Source of the DNA: an uncultured bacterium
GTDB lineage: Bacteria > Eisenbacteria > RBG-16-71-46 > CAZAMP01
Assembly (NCBI GenBank): GCA_964486455.1
Contig: CAZAMP010000007.1
Span: 18,280 to 82,279, forward strand
DNA length: 64,000 nt
Direction: 5' to 3'
The first letter of the stretch is position 1. The number at the start of each line of letters is the position of its first letter. A model generated the notes under the pieces. It made no database searches. It saw nothing but the letters and a program-made list of their open reading frames with translations, and was not told where the DNA came from. Below are positions 9,703 through 19,248 of this stretch, piece by piece. The translations under genes were made by a program, and so were the position numbers.

Positions 9703-10850
9703 ACGGCCGGGTGATTCGGACCGTCTGCATCAAAGAGCTTCGCGACGCGATCCGTGATCCACGATCGATCCTCTACCTCGTCGGCCTTCCGCTCATCTTC
9801 TATCCGGCGCTGCTCCTGATCCTGGAGAAGATCGGTAGTCAGGGCGGCACCGATATCATGAGTGCTCCCTACCGCGTCTCCATCACCCGGATCGAAGAGT
9901 CGCCGACGCTCACGGCGGCGTTCATGGACGCGGATGACATCTTCACCATCCCTTCGGTCAACCCCTGGCTCGGTGTCGTCCACGGTGAAGCGCACGTGGG
10001 GATCGAACCCTGCGAGCAATTCGAAGCGGCGGTCGCCGCCGGTGAGAGCCCGGTGCTGACACTCTACGTCGACCTGACGCTGCCGGTCGCGCGCGAGGCG
10101 TTCGAGCGGGCCCACGAGATCGTCTCGGAATGGCGGGCGGCGATGGGCGGAGAGGACGCGGTCTTTGAAATCGAGGAAGTCGTGTTGGGGCACCCCGGCT
10201 CGGACCTCGGATTCATGGTGGGGCTCTTCCCGTACTTCCTCGTGGTGCTCATCCTCGTCGGCGCCGCGCACATGGCGATCGACATCACGGCCGGCGAGAA
10301 GGAGCGGCGGACGCTCGAAACGTTGCTGGTGACCCCCGCGCGTCGGCTACAGATTCTCCTGGGCAAGGCGACCGCTACGGTGATCGCGGCGATGAGCGCC
10401 GGAGTGGTCGGGATGGCGGGCTTTGCGATGGCGATCGCGCTCGCCAAGCCGCTCACGGGCGGCACACCATTTCTGCTGTCGCTGCCGCCGCACGCGTTCT
10501 GGATTCTGGGTCTGGGCAACCTGCCCGCCGCGTTCTTCCTGAGCGCGATGTTGCTCGCGCTCGGAACATTTGCGCGCTCGAGTCGCGAGGGCCAGACGTA
10601 CGCCGCCTATCTTCAGATGCCCCTTCTCTTGCTGGCCCTCATCGCGACCTTCATCCCGCCCGATCCGAATCCTCTTCTGTATCTTGTGCCCCTCCTCGGC
10701 ACCAATCTGATCCAAAAGGAGTATCTCATCGGGATCGGCGATCCATGGCATGCGGCAATGGCCGTGGGTGCTACGCTGCTCCTCGGCGCGCTGCTTGCCG
10801 TACTCGCCGCCCGAATGTTCTCGAAAGAGCGTGTCCTATTCCGGGAGTAG
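9699..10850 (+). CDS. ABC-2 type transporter permease
   Basis: ATG overlaps the upstream stop (ATGA). About 6 predicted TM helices; periplasmic loop after TM1. Coupled to the ATPase. Confidence 0.7.
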   Translation: MNGRVIRTVCIKELRDAIRDPRSILYLVGLPLIFYPALLLILEKIGSQGGTDIMSAPYRVSITRIEESPTLTAAFMDADDIFTIPSVNPWLGVVHGEAHVGIEPCEQFEAAVAAGESPVLTLYVDLTLPVAREAFERAHEIVSEWRAAMGGEDAVFEIEEVVLGHPGSDLGFMVGLFPYFLVVLILVGAAHMAIDITAGEKERRTLETLLVTPARRLQILLGKATATVIAAMSAGVVGMAGFAMAIALAKPLTGGTPFLLSLPPHAFWILGLGNLPAAFFLSAMLLALGTFARSSREGQTYAAYLQMPLLLLALIATFIPPDPNPLLYLVPLLGTNLIQKEYLIGIGDPWHAAMAVGATLLLGALLAVLAARMFSKERVLFRE

Positions 10851-10879
10851 ATACCGCGAATAGACACGCCGGAGGAATC

Positions 10880-12112
10880 ATGAAGCGCGACATAATGAAA
10901 ATCATGGAAGAGAAGAACATCGATGCCCTCGTCGTGAGCATGGACGAGATCCAGAACCCGATCTGGGAGTACGTCACGAACTGCGAGCCGCTCACCCACG
11001 GGCATCTCGTCTGGAAGCGTGGGGAAGAGCCGGTATTGATCCATGCAAGCATGGAGCGTGACCAGGCCGCGGCGGTCGGCTACCCGACCCAGCCGCTCAG
11101 CGAATTCGACCTCCGCGAGATCACCGATTCGGAATCGGATCCGCTTCAGGTCGCGATCAAAATGCGGAAGCGGATTCTCGAGCGATGCGGTGTCGCGGGC
11201 AAGGTAGCGTTCTACGGCACCGGCGACGTGTCGCGCACGTATCACGTCATGAAGGCGATCGACGGGCGGAACGGCATCACGATCGCGGAGGATTTCTCTC
11301 CGTCGGTCTTCGACCTCGCGCGCATCACAAAGGATGAAGACGAGGCCGAGGCGGTCCGGCAATCCGGTGTGCCGGTCTATGCGGCTCTTCAGAACGTCGT
11401 CGACTTCTGCAAAGCGCTTCGCCGCGAGGGCGAAACGCTCAAGACCGCCGACGGGGCCGTCCCGACGATCGGCGACCTCAAGACGATCATCCGTACGACC
11501 CTTCAGGACGCGGGCTACCAGGAAGACCGCGGCCACAGCATCGTCTCGCAAGGGAGGGACGCCGGCGTTCCCCACAACATCGGGAACCCGGCCGATCCGC
11601 TTCTCCCCGGCAAGACGATCATCATCGACATCTTCCCGGCACCGATGAGCGGCGGCTACTACTTCGACGTCACGCGCACGTTCGTGATCGGCGACGCCGA
11701 CGCGGAAGTGCGGAAGCTCTACGACGATGTGAAGGACTCGCTCGACCTCTGCATCGGCATGCTCAAGGTCGGAACCCCCACTCGGGACCTGCAGGTCGGC
11801 GTCTGCAAGTTCTTCGAAGGCCGCGGTCATCCGACGGTCGGTAGCGATCCGAAGGCCGAGAGCGGCTACATTCACAGTCTCGGTCACGGCGTCGGTCTCC
11901 AGGTGCATGAGCGGCCCTACTTCGGGGACTCTGCGGCGAACAAAGACGTCGTCGAGCCCGGCCACGTCGTGACGATCGAACCCGGCCTTTACTATCCCGA
12001 GAAGAGCATGGGGATTCGCCTCGAAGAGATCATCTACATCCGGCCTGACGGTACGCCGGAGATCCTCAGCACCTTCCCGCTGGACATGGTCATTCCGTGT
12101 CAGGAGGGGTGA
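10880..12112 (+). CDS. M24 family Xaa-Pro aminopeptidase/prolidase-like metallopeptidase
   Basis: RBS ggagga. Pita-bread fold motifs: DIFPAPMSGGYYFDVTRTF, HSLGHGVGLQVHERP, and the ligand residues in VVTIEPGLY...EEIIYI. Confidence 0.8.
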   Translation: MKRDIMKIMEEKNIDALVVSMDEIQNPIWEYVTNCEPLTHGHLVWKRGEEPVLIHASMERDQAAAVGYPTQPLSEFDLREITDSESDPLQVAIKMRKRILERCGVAGKVAFYGTGDVSRTYHVMKAIDGRNGITIAEDFSPSVFDLARITKDEDEAEAVRQSGVPVYAALQNVVDFCKALRREGETLKTADGAVPTIGDLKTIIRTTLQDAGYQEDRGHSIVSQGRDAGVPHNIGNPADPLLPGKTIIIDIFPAPMSGGYYFDVTRTFVIGDADAEVRKLYDDVKDSLDLCIGMLKVGTPTRDLQVGVCKFFEGRGHPTVGSDPKAESGYIHSLGHGVGLQVHERPYFGDSAANKDVVEPGHVVTIEPGLYYPEKSMGIRLEEIIYIRPDGTPEILSTFPLDMVIPCQEG

Positions 12113-12401
12113 TCAGCGAGACGAGTCCGGGAGCTTGAAAACCCCATTTTCAATTGTGCAGATCTCTGCTTATCAGCTTTCTTACAACGAGTTACAGGGC
12201 GACCAGCCTGCGGTCGCCCCGACGGCCGACCCCTTCTACCGGTTGGTAAGCACCGCTCCGCCCATACGCCGCTAATCCGATGGTCCACCACGGCAGATAG
12301 ATCTAACAAGGAAACCACAATCTGTTCCCTCGGCCGTCAGGGAACAAGATTCCCTCTGACCTATCCCCCCGGGTCGTTCGTGCGAATCTACGGAGGCAAT
12401 C

Positions 12402-13208
12402 GTGCGTGCATCACCGACCGCCGCCATGCTCGCGTTCGTCATCGCCCTACTACTCAGCGCGACCCCGGTCGCCGCAATGACGATCGGATACTACGACGGA
12501 ACGCGGGAGGCCTGGGGCTTCAGCGGAAACAACTATCTGTCGGATGCCAAGCAGTGGCTCACAGACCAGGGACATACCCTCGTCGCGACCAGTCGCGCCG
12601 ACGCGTCGTTCCTGAGTGGTGTCGATGCCTTTTACACGGGCCTCGTGCGCGACACCTACTTCGAGGACGAGCTCGACGCGTTCGAGGAGTTCGTCGGCGG
12701 TCAGGGCGGCTTCCTGTTCGTCCAGCAGGACTGGGGGCCGAACAACCATTGGCACGCGGCGGCTCAACAACTACTCGGTCGCTGGGACATCGGCACGGAA
12801 GGCTCGCACAACAGCAGCCAATTTCAAACGGTGGGAACCAGCGATTGGGTCTCCGATCCCAACGCGGTGGCCGCGTTCTCAGGCGCGTACCATGCGGTCA
12901 TCACGTCGGGTGAGGAGCAGGCCGGCTACGAGCGGCTGGCTCACGACACGGCGGACCGCTCGGTCCTCGGCGTCTTCGACGCCGGCGCGGGACGCTCGAG
13001 CGACGTTCTCGTCTCGACCGACATCAACATGTGGGACAACAGCTACGGATGGACGGATGCCGGGAGCCGCGATCTCTGGGCAAACATCTGGCAGAACGCC
13101 GAAGACCAGACGAACGAGGATCCGGTGCCGGAGCCGGCGACACTGATGCTTCTGGGCGCGGGACTGGTGGGCTTCGCCGCGGGAAGAATGCGCCGGCGGA
13201 AGCCATAG
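12402..13208 (+). CDS. PEP-CTERM sorting-domain protein (putative exosortase substrate)
   Basis: GTG start with RBS ggagg. Signal peptide. C-terminus PVPEPATLMLLGAGLVGFAAGRMRRRKP is a canonical PEP motif + TM + basic tail. Confidence 0.7.
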   Translation: MRASPTAAMLAFVIALLLSATPVAAMTIGYYDGTREAWGFSGNNYLSDAKQWLTDQGHTLVATSRADASFLSGVDAFYTGLVRDTYFEDELDAFEEFVGGQGGFLFVQQDWGPNNHWHAAAQQLLGRWDIGTEGSHNSSQFQTVGTSDWVSDPNAVAAFSGAYHAVITSGEEQAGYERLAHDTADRSVLGVFDAGAGRSSDVLVSTDINMWDNSYGWTDAGSRDLWANIWQNAEDQTNEDPVPEPATLMLLGAGLVGFAAGRMRRRKP

Positions 13209-13399
13209 TCGACGCGCGCCGCCAGAAGACAATCCACGGAACCAACCGCTAGTACCGGTCGGCCTGCCTCCAGCCCCCTCGGCCGACCGGGCCTCCGCAC
13301 TACTCATGACACGTTCATGCTAGAATAGTCCCAAGTCTGACATCTCTCGAGCGGTATCCATTTCGGGTCATCCACTCTCCGAACCACCGGGAGTCCAAG

Positions 13400-15718
13400 A
13401 TGAAAACCACGCCCTATATAGGGATCGCGTCTTCAGCCCTCGTCGTCGCCCTTGCGGCCCTTTGCTGCGCCGGCGTCGTAATGGCATCACCCGACGTGAC
13501 CGGGTCTCGGGTCGAGGAGAATCGGGTCATCGTCACATTGGAATCGGGTGAGTTCGAGTTCGTTCCGGCAAGCGATCCGACGGGCGACACGGAGCGGATC
13601 GAGATGAAGTCGTTTGGTCGGATTCAAGTCCCCGGCCAACCGGCACTGCCGATGCAGCGTTTCCTCGTGGCACTGCCGCCCGGCGCCCGGGCCACGTCGA
13701 TCGAGATCCTCGGCTTGACGAGCCGCGACATCGGCGACCATCACCGGATCGCCCCCGCCCCGCCAATCGCATTCCTGGGAGACATGCCGGGCTGGGATGA
13801 CGCCACGCAACGCGTGAGGGATGAATGGCAGGCCGAATACGATGCGGTGTATCTCAACGGCGCCACGTTTCCCGCCGAGGCGGCATGGCTCGCCGCGAAG
13901 GGTAGCTACCGGCAGGTCGCGTACGCGTCGGTCGCGTTCTGCCCGTTCACATACCACCCACTTTCGGGGCGGATCGAGCACCACGCGGGGATCGAGATCG
14001 CGATTCACTTCGAGACGTCATCCGCCGATGCGCCACGCATCGCCCCTGACGCCATAACCGAAGCCCGCGCGGCAGACCTCTTCTCCAACTACGCGACGGT
14101 GGCCGACCTCTATCGGACGGGCGGAGATGGGCCACCATCCCCGGACGACACATACGACTTCGTCATCATCACGACGGACGCCTGCTTGGGCGCGCTCAAC
14201 GCATCCGACTTCCCGGCGTGGAAGGCCGACCGCGGCTACTCCCTTCGCACGCTGCTCACGACCGATCCGGAGATCGCGAGTCAACCCGGCGTCGATCTAG
14301 CCGAGAAGATTCGAAACTGCCTTCGGAGCAACTACCTCCAGTGGGGCACGCGCTACGTCCTCATGGTCGGCGACTACGCCGAGGTGCCGATGCGGATCTG
14401 CTACCCGGACCCCGACTTCCACGTCTACGACCCCTGGGATCCCGGCCTCATCGCGCCCGGAACGCCCACGGACTACTACTTCGCCGACCTCTCGTACGAC
14501 GACGATGTTTCCTGGGATTCGGACGGGGACGGCTACCACGGCGAGTACGGTCACGACGATCCGGATTTCCTGGCGGAAGTGTCGGTCGGCCGCATCCCGG
14601 TGAACTCGGGGTCTCGCATCGTCTATTCCCTCAACAAGCTCGTCGCGTTCGAGCAGGATACCGGCGCGTGGAAGCGAAACGTCCTTCACGGCGGTAGTAT
14701 TCTCTTTTTCGAGAACCAGAACGGCAGCGGCTATCCGTTCATCGACGGGGCGTCGTGCCTCGACTCGATCGAGGTCGGGCTGATGGACGGTTTCTCAATC
14801 ACCCACTTCACCGAGCGCGCGGGGATCGTGCAGTCGCTCTACGACTGGCCGGCGATCACGGAATACAGTTTCACGAACGCCTGGGGAACCGGCCAGCACG
14901 CGGTCGTGAACTGGTCCGGCCACGGATGGCCCGACGGCGCCTACCGAACGATCTGGGCCTGGGACGACGGCGATGGGATTCCAGAGCACGGAAACGGCGA
15001 GCTGCAGAGTCACCGCTTCATCGGCCTCGGCTCGGGCAACATCGATGACGACCATCCGTCGATCGTCTTCGCGATCTCGTGCAACGTCGGCTATCCGGAT
15101 CCCAATCCATACGGAAACCTCGGCATCGACCTTCTGACCCTGCCCGGCTGGGGCGCGTCGGCGGGCATCGTCAGCTCCGCGCGGCCCGCGGCCATCTCCG
15201 GCGACTGGCGTAACGACCCGGGCGGAACGGAGCAGATTTGCTACGACTTCAACCGATACCTGCTCGTGGAAGCGGAAAGGGTCGGCGACGCGCTCTATGA
15301 CGGCAAGTTCAGCGCAACGAGCGAGTACGGATGGGACCGCGTTTACGAGTACATGAACCTCTACAACTTCAATCTGTTCGGGGACCCGTCGATGGATATG
15401 GGCGCGGCAACCGTGGGCGTGTCGGCGGACACGGAAGCCGACGTCGCGATCCTCGGGCACGGCATGCCGAACCCGTTCGCGGCGGTCACATCGGTGCGGT
15501 TCACGCTGCCCGCGGCCGGGACGCTTCGCGTGAGCGTTCTTGACGTCGCGGGGCGCCATGTCGCCACTTTGGCCGACGGTCGGTTCGACGCGGGATCGCA
15601 TGCCGTGATGTGGGACGGAACGAACGATCGTGGTGAGCGGATCGCCGCCGGCACATATTTCGTGGTCGGTGACGCCGCAGGACGGCGGATCGCCCGGAAG
15701 CTGGTGCTGCTCCCGTAG
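13400..15718 (+). CDS. Secreted peptidase C25 (gingipain-like) family protein with C-terminal T9SS-type sorting domain
   Basis: Signal peptide. C25-like segments YVLMVGDYAEVPM, His in NWSGHGWPDG, Cys in VFAISCNVGYPD. C-terminus LRVSVLDVAGRHVATL...VMWDGTNDRGERIAAGTYFVV. Confidence 0.55.
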   Translation: MKTTPYIGIASSALVVALAALCCAGVVMASPDVTGSRVEENRVIVTLESGEFEFVPASDPTGDTERIEMKSFGRIQVPGQPALPMQRFLVALPPGARATSIEILGLTSRDIGDHHRIAPAPPIAFLGDMPGWDDATQRVRDEWQAEYDAVYLNGATFPAEAAWLAAKGSYRQVAYASVAFCPFTYHPLSGRIEHHAGIEIAIHFETSSADAPRIAPDAITEARAADLFSNYATVADLYRTGGDGPPSPDDTYDFVIITTDACLGALNASDFPAWKADRGYSLRTLLTTDPEIASQPGVDLAEKIRNCLRSNYLQWGTRYVLMVGDYAEVPMRICYPDPDFHVYDPWDPGLIAPGTPTDYYFADLSYDDDVSWDSDGDGYHGEYGHDDPDFLAEVSVGRIPVNSGSRIVYSLNKLVAFEQDTGAWKRNVLHGGSILFFENQNGSGYPFIDGASCLDSIEVGLMDGFSITHFTERAGIVQSLYDWPAITEYSFTNAWGTGQHAVVNWSGHGWPDGAYRTIWAWDDGDGIPEHGNGELQSHRFIGLGSGNIDDDHPSIVFAISCNVGYPDPNPYGNLGIDLLTLPGWGASAGIVSSARPAAISGDWRNDPGGTEQICYDFNRYLLVEAERVGDALYDGKFSATSEYGWDRVYEYMNLYNFNLFGDPSMDMGAATVGVSADTEADVAILGHGMPNPFAAVTSVRFTLPAAGTLRVSVLDVAGRHVATLADGRFDAGSHAVMWDGTNDRGERIAAGTYFVVGDAAGRRIARKLVLLP

Positions 15719-15765
15719 GACCGTCGGCCGGAGGGGATGGCAAACCCGGAGATGGTCCGCTAGAA

Positions 15766-16923
15766 TTGGTACATAGCAGGCTGACGAAGCGCCTGCGAAA
15801 GGGGGACGCGATATACGACACCGCTGAAGCGTACGCTCCCGAGCGCGCGCTGCTGGTCGGTGTGACCCGAACCACCGAGCCGAGCAACAACCACCTCGAC
15901 GAACTCGCCCAGCTCGCCTTGACGGCCGGCGCCGAGGTCCTGGATCGGATCGTGCAAAACCGCCGAACACCCGATCCCGGGACCTTCATCGGCAAAGGAA
16001 AGGTCGAGGAACTCAAGCGGGCGGTTCGGCACCATGGCGCCAACCTGGTCATCTTCGACGATGACCTGACGGCGGCTCAGGTCCGCACGATTGAGCGCGA
16101 AGTCGATGTGAAGATCATCGATCGTAGCGCTCTCATTCTCGACATCTTCGCCCGCCACGCGCGCACCCGCGAGGCCAAGCTTCAAGTCGAGCTGGCGCAG
16201 CTTCAGTACCTGCTCCCTCGACTCACCCGTCTGTGGACGCACCTCTCTAGAACCGGCGGCGGGATCGGCACGCGCGGTCCCGGGGAAACGCAGCTCGAGG
16301 TCGACCGGCGGCGGATCGGCACACGGATCTCCAGGCTCAAGAAGAAACTTGAGGGGGTCCGTGTCGAACGCGAAACACAACGCAAGCAGAGGGGCGCATC
16401 GTTTCGCGTGTCGCTCGTCGGATACACGAACGCGGGGAAGTCGACGCTGTTCAACGCGCTGACGCGCGCGGAGGTGCCCGTCGCCCCAATGCTCTTCGCC
16501 ACGCTCGACACCACCACGCGAAAGCTCTATCTCAGGGACGGCGTCTCCCTCCTTCTCTCGGACACGGTCGGGTTCATCCGGAAGCTACCGCACCATCTCG
16601 TCGCGTCGTTTCGATCGACGCTCGAGGATGTGACGGAAGCCGATTTGCTGCTGCATGTCGCCGACGCGTCGAGTCCGCAGCTCGGCGATCAGATCGAGGC
16701 GGTCGACACCGTGCTCAAGGAGATCGTCGCGAACAGCGTGCCGCAACGAATCGTGCTCAACAAGACCGACATGATCGAGGACAACGATCAGATCTATGCG
16801 CTGCGGGCGCGCTTCCCAGACGCGACGTTCCTTTCCGCGCTGGATCGATCCCACGTCGAGGTCCTCCGGGGTCAGTTGGCCGACGCGTGGGAAGCCTGGA
16901 GCAAAGAGACCACAAGCGCTTGA
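15766..16923 (+). CDS. hflX: GTPase HflX
   Basis: HflX N-domain (ALLVGV...LVIFDDDLTAAQVRTIERE...IIDRSALILDIFARHARTREAKLQVELAQLQY). G-domain GYTNAGKST, DTVGF, NKTD. TTG start as given by the track; the exact start is uncertain. Confidence 0.85.
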   Translation: MVHSRLTKRLRKGDAIYDTAEAYAPERALLVGVTRTTEPSNNHLDELAQLALTAGAEVLDRIVQNRRTPDPGTFIGKGKVEELKRAVRHHGANLVIFDDDLTAAQVRTIEREVDVKIIDRSALILDIFARHARTREAKLQVELAQLQYLLPRLTRLWTHLSRTGGGIGTRGPGETQLEVDRRRIGTRISRLKKKLEGVRVERETQRKQRGASFRVSLVGYTNAGKSTLFNALTRAEVPVAPMLFATLDTTTRKLYLRDGVSLLLSDTVGFIRKLPHHLVASFRSTLEDVTEADLLLHVADASSPQLGDQIEAVDTVLKEIVANSVPQRIVLNKTDMIEDNDQIYALRARFPDATFLSALDRSHVEVLRGQLADAWEAWSKETTSA

Positions 16924-16977
16924 TACTCGGACAACGAAGAAATGAGTACGTGAATGCCGGCGATCGGGAGGCGAACG

Positions 16978-17592
16978 ATGCCACGGTTTCTTGTCCTTTT
17001 CGCGCTGGTGGTGACGGCCGGGCCCGTTGCCGCCGGAACAGCTAGTCCGGATACCCTTCCGCCCCTCCCATGCTTCGTAACAACTGACTGTTTGCGGCTG
17101 GCTCCCGATGGCTCATTCGAGCTCTTCGCCCGGATCGAATACGGCTACGATTGTGAGCCGATCCCCAACACGGAGGTTCGTGTCATCTTCAGTGCCTCCG
17201 CGGAGGAAGCTCTCTACTGGTGTCCCGGACAGGAGCACCCGGTCATCACCGGCACAACGAACTCGGATGGCGAGGTGACGTTCAACATCCGGGCGGGCGG
17301 TTGTTTGGATCTGCCATACGCAATCATCGTAGAGGTAGATCCTGGTGCGATCACGGTCGACACGTACGACCGGGTGGGTTCGCCAGACATGCATTCCGAC
17401 AACCCGCCGCGCGTCGGCGATGGGGATGTCGATCTAAACGACTTCGTCGTGTTCTCGTCGCGCTTCCTGGAAGAGGATTACTGCGCCGACCTTCACGACA
17501 GCACACCCCCCCTCGACGAGCGGTGCGATGAGTTCGTTGATTTGGACGATTTCGTCGTGTTCATGCGCAGTTTCCTCCAAGGCTGCCGCTAG
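16978..17592 (+). CDS. Secreted hypothetical protein with dockerin-like Ca-binding repeats
   Basis: RBS gggagg 6 nt before ATG. Signal peptide MPRFLVLFALVVTAGPVAAG. C-terminal paired repeats GDGDVDLNDFVVF / DEFVDLDDFVVF resemble dockerin/EF-hand repeats. Confidence 0.5.
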   Translation: MPRFLVLFALVVTAGPVAAGTASPDTLPPLPCFVTTDCLRLAPDGSFELFARIEYGYDCEPIPNTEVRVIFSASAEEALYWCPGQEHPVITGTTNSDGEVTFNIRAGGCLDLPYAIIVEVDPGAITVDTYDRVGSPDMHSDNPPRVGDGDVDLNDFVVFSSRFLEEDYCADLHDSTPPLDERCDEFVDLDDFVVFMRSFLQGCR

Positions 17593-18683
17593 CCCGCCCG
17601 ACTCCGCTCGAGCGCGCGGCCGAGGCACTCCAGCCCCTCTCGGACCGTTTCGAGAGGGGCCCCGAATCCCAGCCTGAAGGCGCTCGAGTCCCCGAAAAAC
17701 TCCCCGGGCACGATGACCACCCTGTCCGTCCGAAGTAGATCGTCCGCAAACGACTTTGCCCGAAAGCCGGGCCGCGTGACGCGAGGAAATCCGTAGATCG
17801 TGCCGACCGGCCGCACCCATTCCAGGTCGTCGCGCCGCTCGATGAACGCGTCGACCTCGGGGAGCACCAGATCGACATGCGCACGCGTACGCCGGTCCAG
17901 CTCGTCCAGGCGCGGGAGAATGCGCCGCATCATCTCGATCGTCGGTCCCGGCATGACCACGAGAATGTGGTCATTGAAGAGATCCAGCCGCTCGACGACA
18001 TCCGGCGCGCCGATGATCCACCCGGCCCGGAGCGGGCCGAGCCCGTAGACCTTGGTCAGGCTGAAGAGACTCACGACTCTGTCGGACAGGGTGGCGAGCG
18101 GCGGTTCCTTCCCCTGCGCGTCGTAATCACGGTACAGCTCGCTCGCGACAACGAAGATGTCGTGCGGCTGGGTCACCCGCAGGATCTCCCGCATCTCCTC
18201 GTGCGTGACGCGCGCGCCGGTGGGATTGTGCAGATTGGTGAAGATCAGGCCGCGGGTCCTCGGCGAAATGGCGGCGGCGATCGCCTTGGGATCGAGTCGG
18301 TATCCGTTCTCCGGACGTCGCGCGACGGGCTTCGGCGTCGCCCCGACCGCCTCGACCACGCGCTCGAGCGCCTCGTAGCCCGGGGTCTCGACCAGGACCT
18401 CATCGCCCGCGCCGAACATGGCGGCCACGCTCAGATAGAGCCCGTAGCTCGCGCCGGGACAAGCAAAGACCCGGTCGGGGTCCACTCCCTCGCGATCGGC
18501 GATGGCCGCGATCAGCGCGTCCCAGTCGCCGAACCCCGCGTTGGTCCTGAGATCGATCGCCCAATCGTCCAGGCCGATCACGGCGGGGTCGGGTCGTTCG
18601 ATCTCGCTCGCGCCCAGATTGATCCGCGCGGACTTGAAAGTCTCTTTCGCCCAGCGCATGTACGCGAAGCGCGTAAACTCCAT
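17589..18683 (-). CDS. Pyridoxal-phosphate-dependent aminotransferase (class I/II)
   Basis: Strong RBS ggggaggag. PLP-lysine motif SLTKVYGLGPLRAGW. Fold-type I pattern (TNLHNPTG, VVASELY). Confidence 0.8.
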   Translation of the reverse strand: MEFTRFAYMRWAKETFKSARINLGASEIERPDPAVIGLDDWAIDLRTNAGFGDWDALIAAIADREGVDPDRVFACPGASYGLYLSVAAMFGAGDEVLVETPGYEALERVVEAVGATPKPVARRPENGYRLDPKAIAAAISPRTRGLIFTNLHNPTGARVTHEEMREILRVTQPHDIFVVASELYRDYDAQGKEPPLATLSDRVVSLFSLTKVYGLGPLRAGWIIGAPDVVERLDLFNDHILVVMPGPTIEMMRRILPRLDELDRRTRAHVDLVLPEVDAFIERRDDLEWVRPVGTIYGFPRVTRPGFRAKSFADDLLRTDRVVIVPGEFFGDSSAFRLGFGAPLETVREGLECLGRALERSRAG

Positions 18684-18697
18684 GGCTCCTCCCCGCG

Positions 18698-18726
18698 TTG
18701 ACAGCCCCCTGACGCGTTGCTAGCGT
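18698..18726 (+). promoter_or_regulatory. Candidate sigma-70 promoter (TTGACA-17 nt-TAGCGT) for the 18775 gene
   Basis: Perfect -35 hexamer at 18698-18703 and a 17-nt spacer. The weak -10 TAGCGT lies ~48 nt upstream of the ATG. Confidence 0.3.
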
Positions 18727-18774
18727 TCGACGGGGCGACGAACCACTTGACCGCATAACGATGACGGAGGCGCG

Positions 18775-19212
18775 ATGAAGAAGCTAGTGGTCCTTGTCAT
18801 TATTCTCGTGGTGGGCTTCATCGTCGGATTCCTTGCGGGCGGCGGTGACGAAGGCGAGCTCCGGGAGCGGATCCAGGGCGAGATCCAGGAGAACCTGGAC
18901 TCTGTGACCCGGGATCGCAACATCCAGAAGGTCGAGAACCAGATCTGGCGAGCGATGGACAAGCTCCGGGACGCGGATCTCGATGCCTCGGCGAACAACT
19001 TCGGCCAAGCGAAAGAAGCGATCCGGCGCGTTCTCGACCGGCTGGAAGAGGCGTACAAGGCCGCGGCGGGGAACGAAGAGCTGCAGGCGAAGCTCGACGA
19101 GATCCGGACGCTACTCGAATCGGCGAGGGAAGATCTCACCAACCTCCGCGCTGAGGGCCGTGACAAGATCGAGCAGGCGATCAATGATCTCGATCGCCTC
19201 ATCGGGGACTAG
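18775..19212 (+). CDS. Small membrane-anchored coiled-coil protein (hypothetical)
   Basis: RBS acggagg. N-terminal TM helix KKLVVLVIILVVGFIVGFLAGG followed by heptad-rich charged helix. Confidence 0.5.
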   Translation: MKKLVVLVIILVVGFIVGFLAGGGDEGELRERIQGEIQENLDSVTRDRNIQKVENQIWRAMDKLRDADLDASANNFGQAKEAIRRVLDRLEEAYKAAAGNEELQAKLDEIRTLLESAREDLTNLRAEGRDKIEQAINDLDRLIGD

Positions 19213-19248
19213 CGTAGCGCGGTCGCGCACCCGAGAGGGATCGACTTC

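Noticed and set aside
10613-11965. 450-aa ORF antisense to the M24 peptidase gene
   Set aside because: Low-complexity R/A/D-rich translation with no motifs. It fully overlaps a well-supported gene on the other strand. This is a typical high-GC shadow ORF.
14795-15970. 391-aa ORF antisense to the C25 peptidase / hflX 5' end
   Set aside because: Arg/Pro-rich nonsense composition with no RBS. It overlaps two supported genes.
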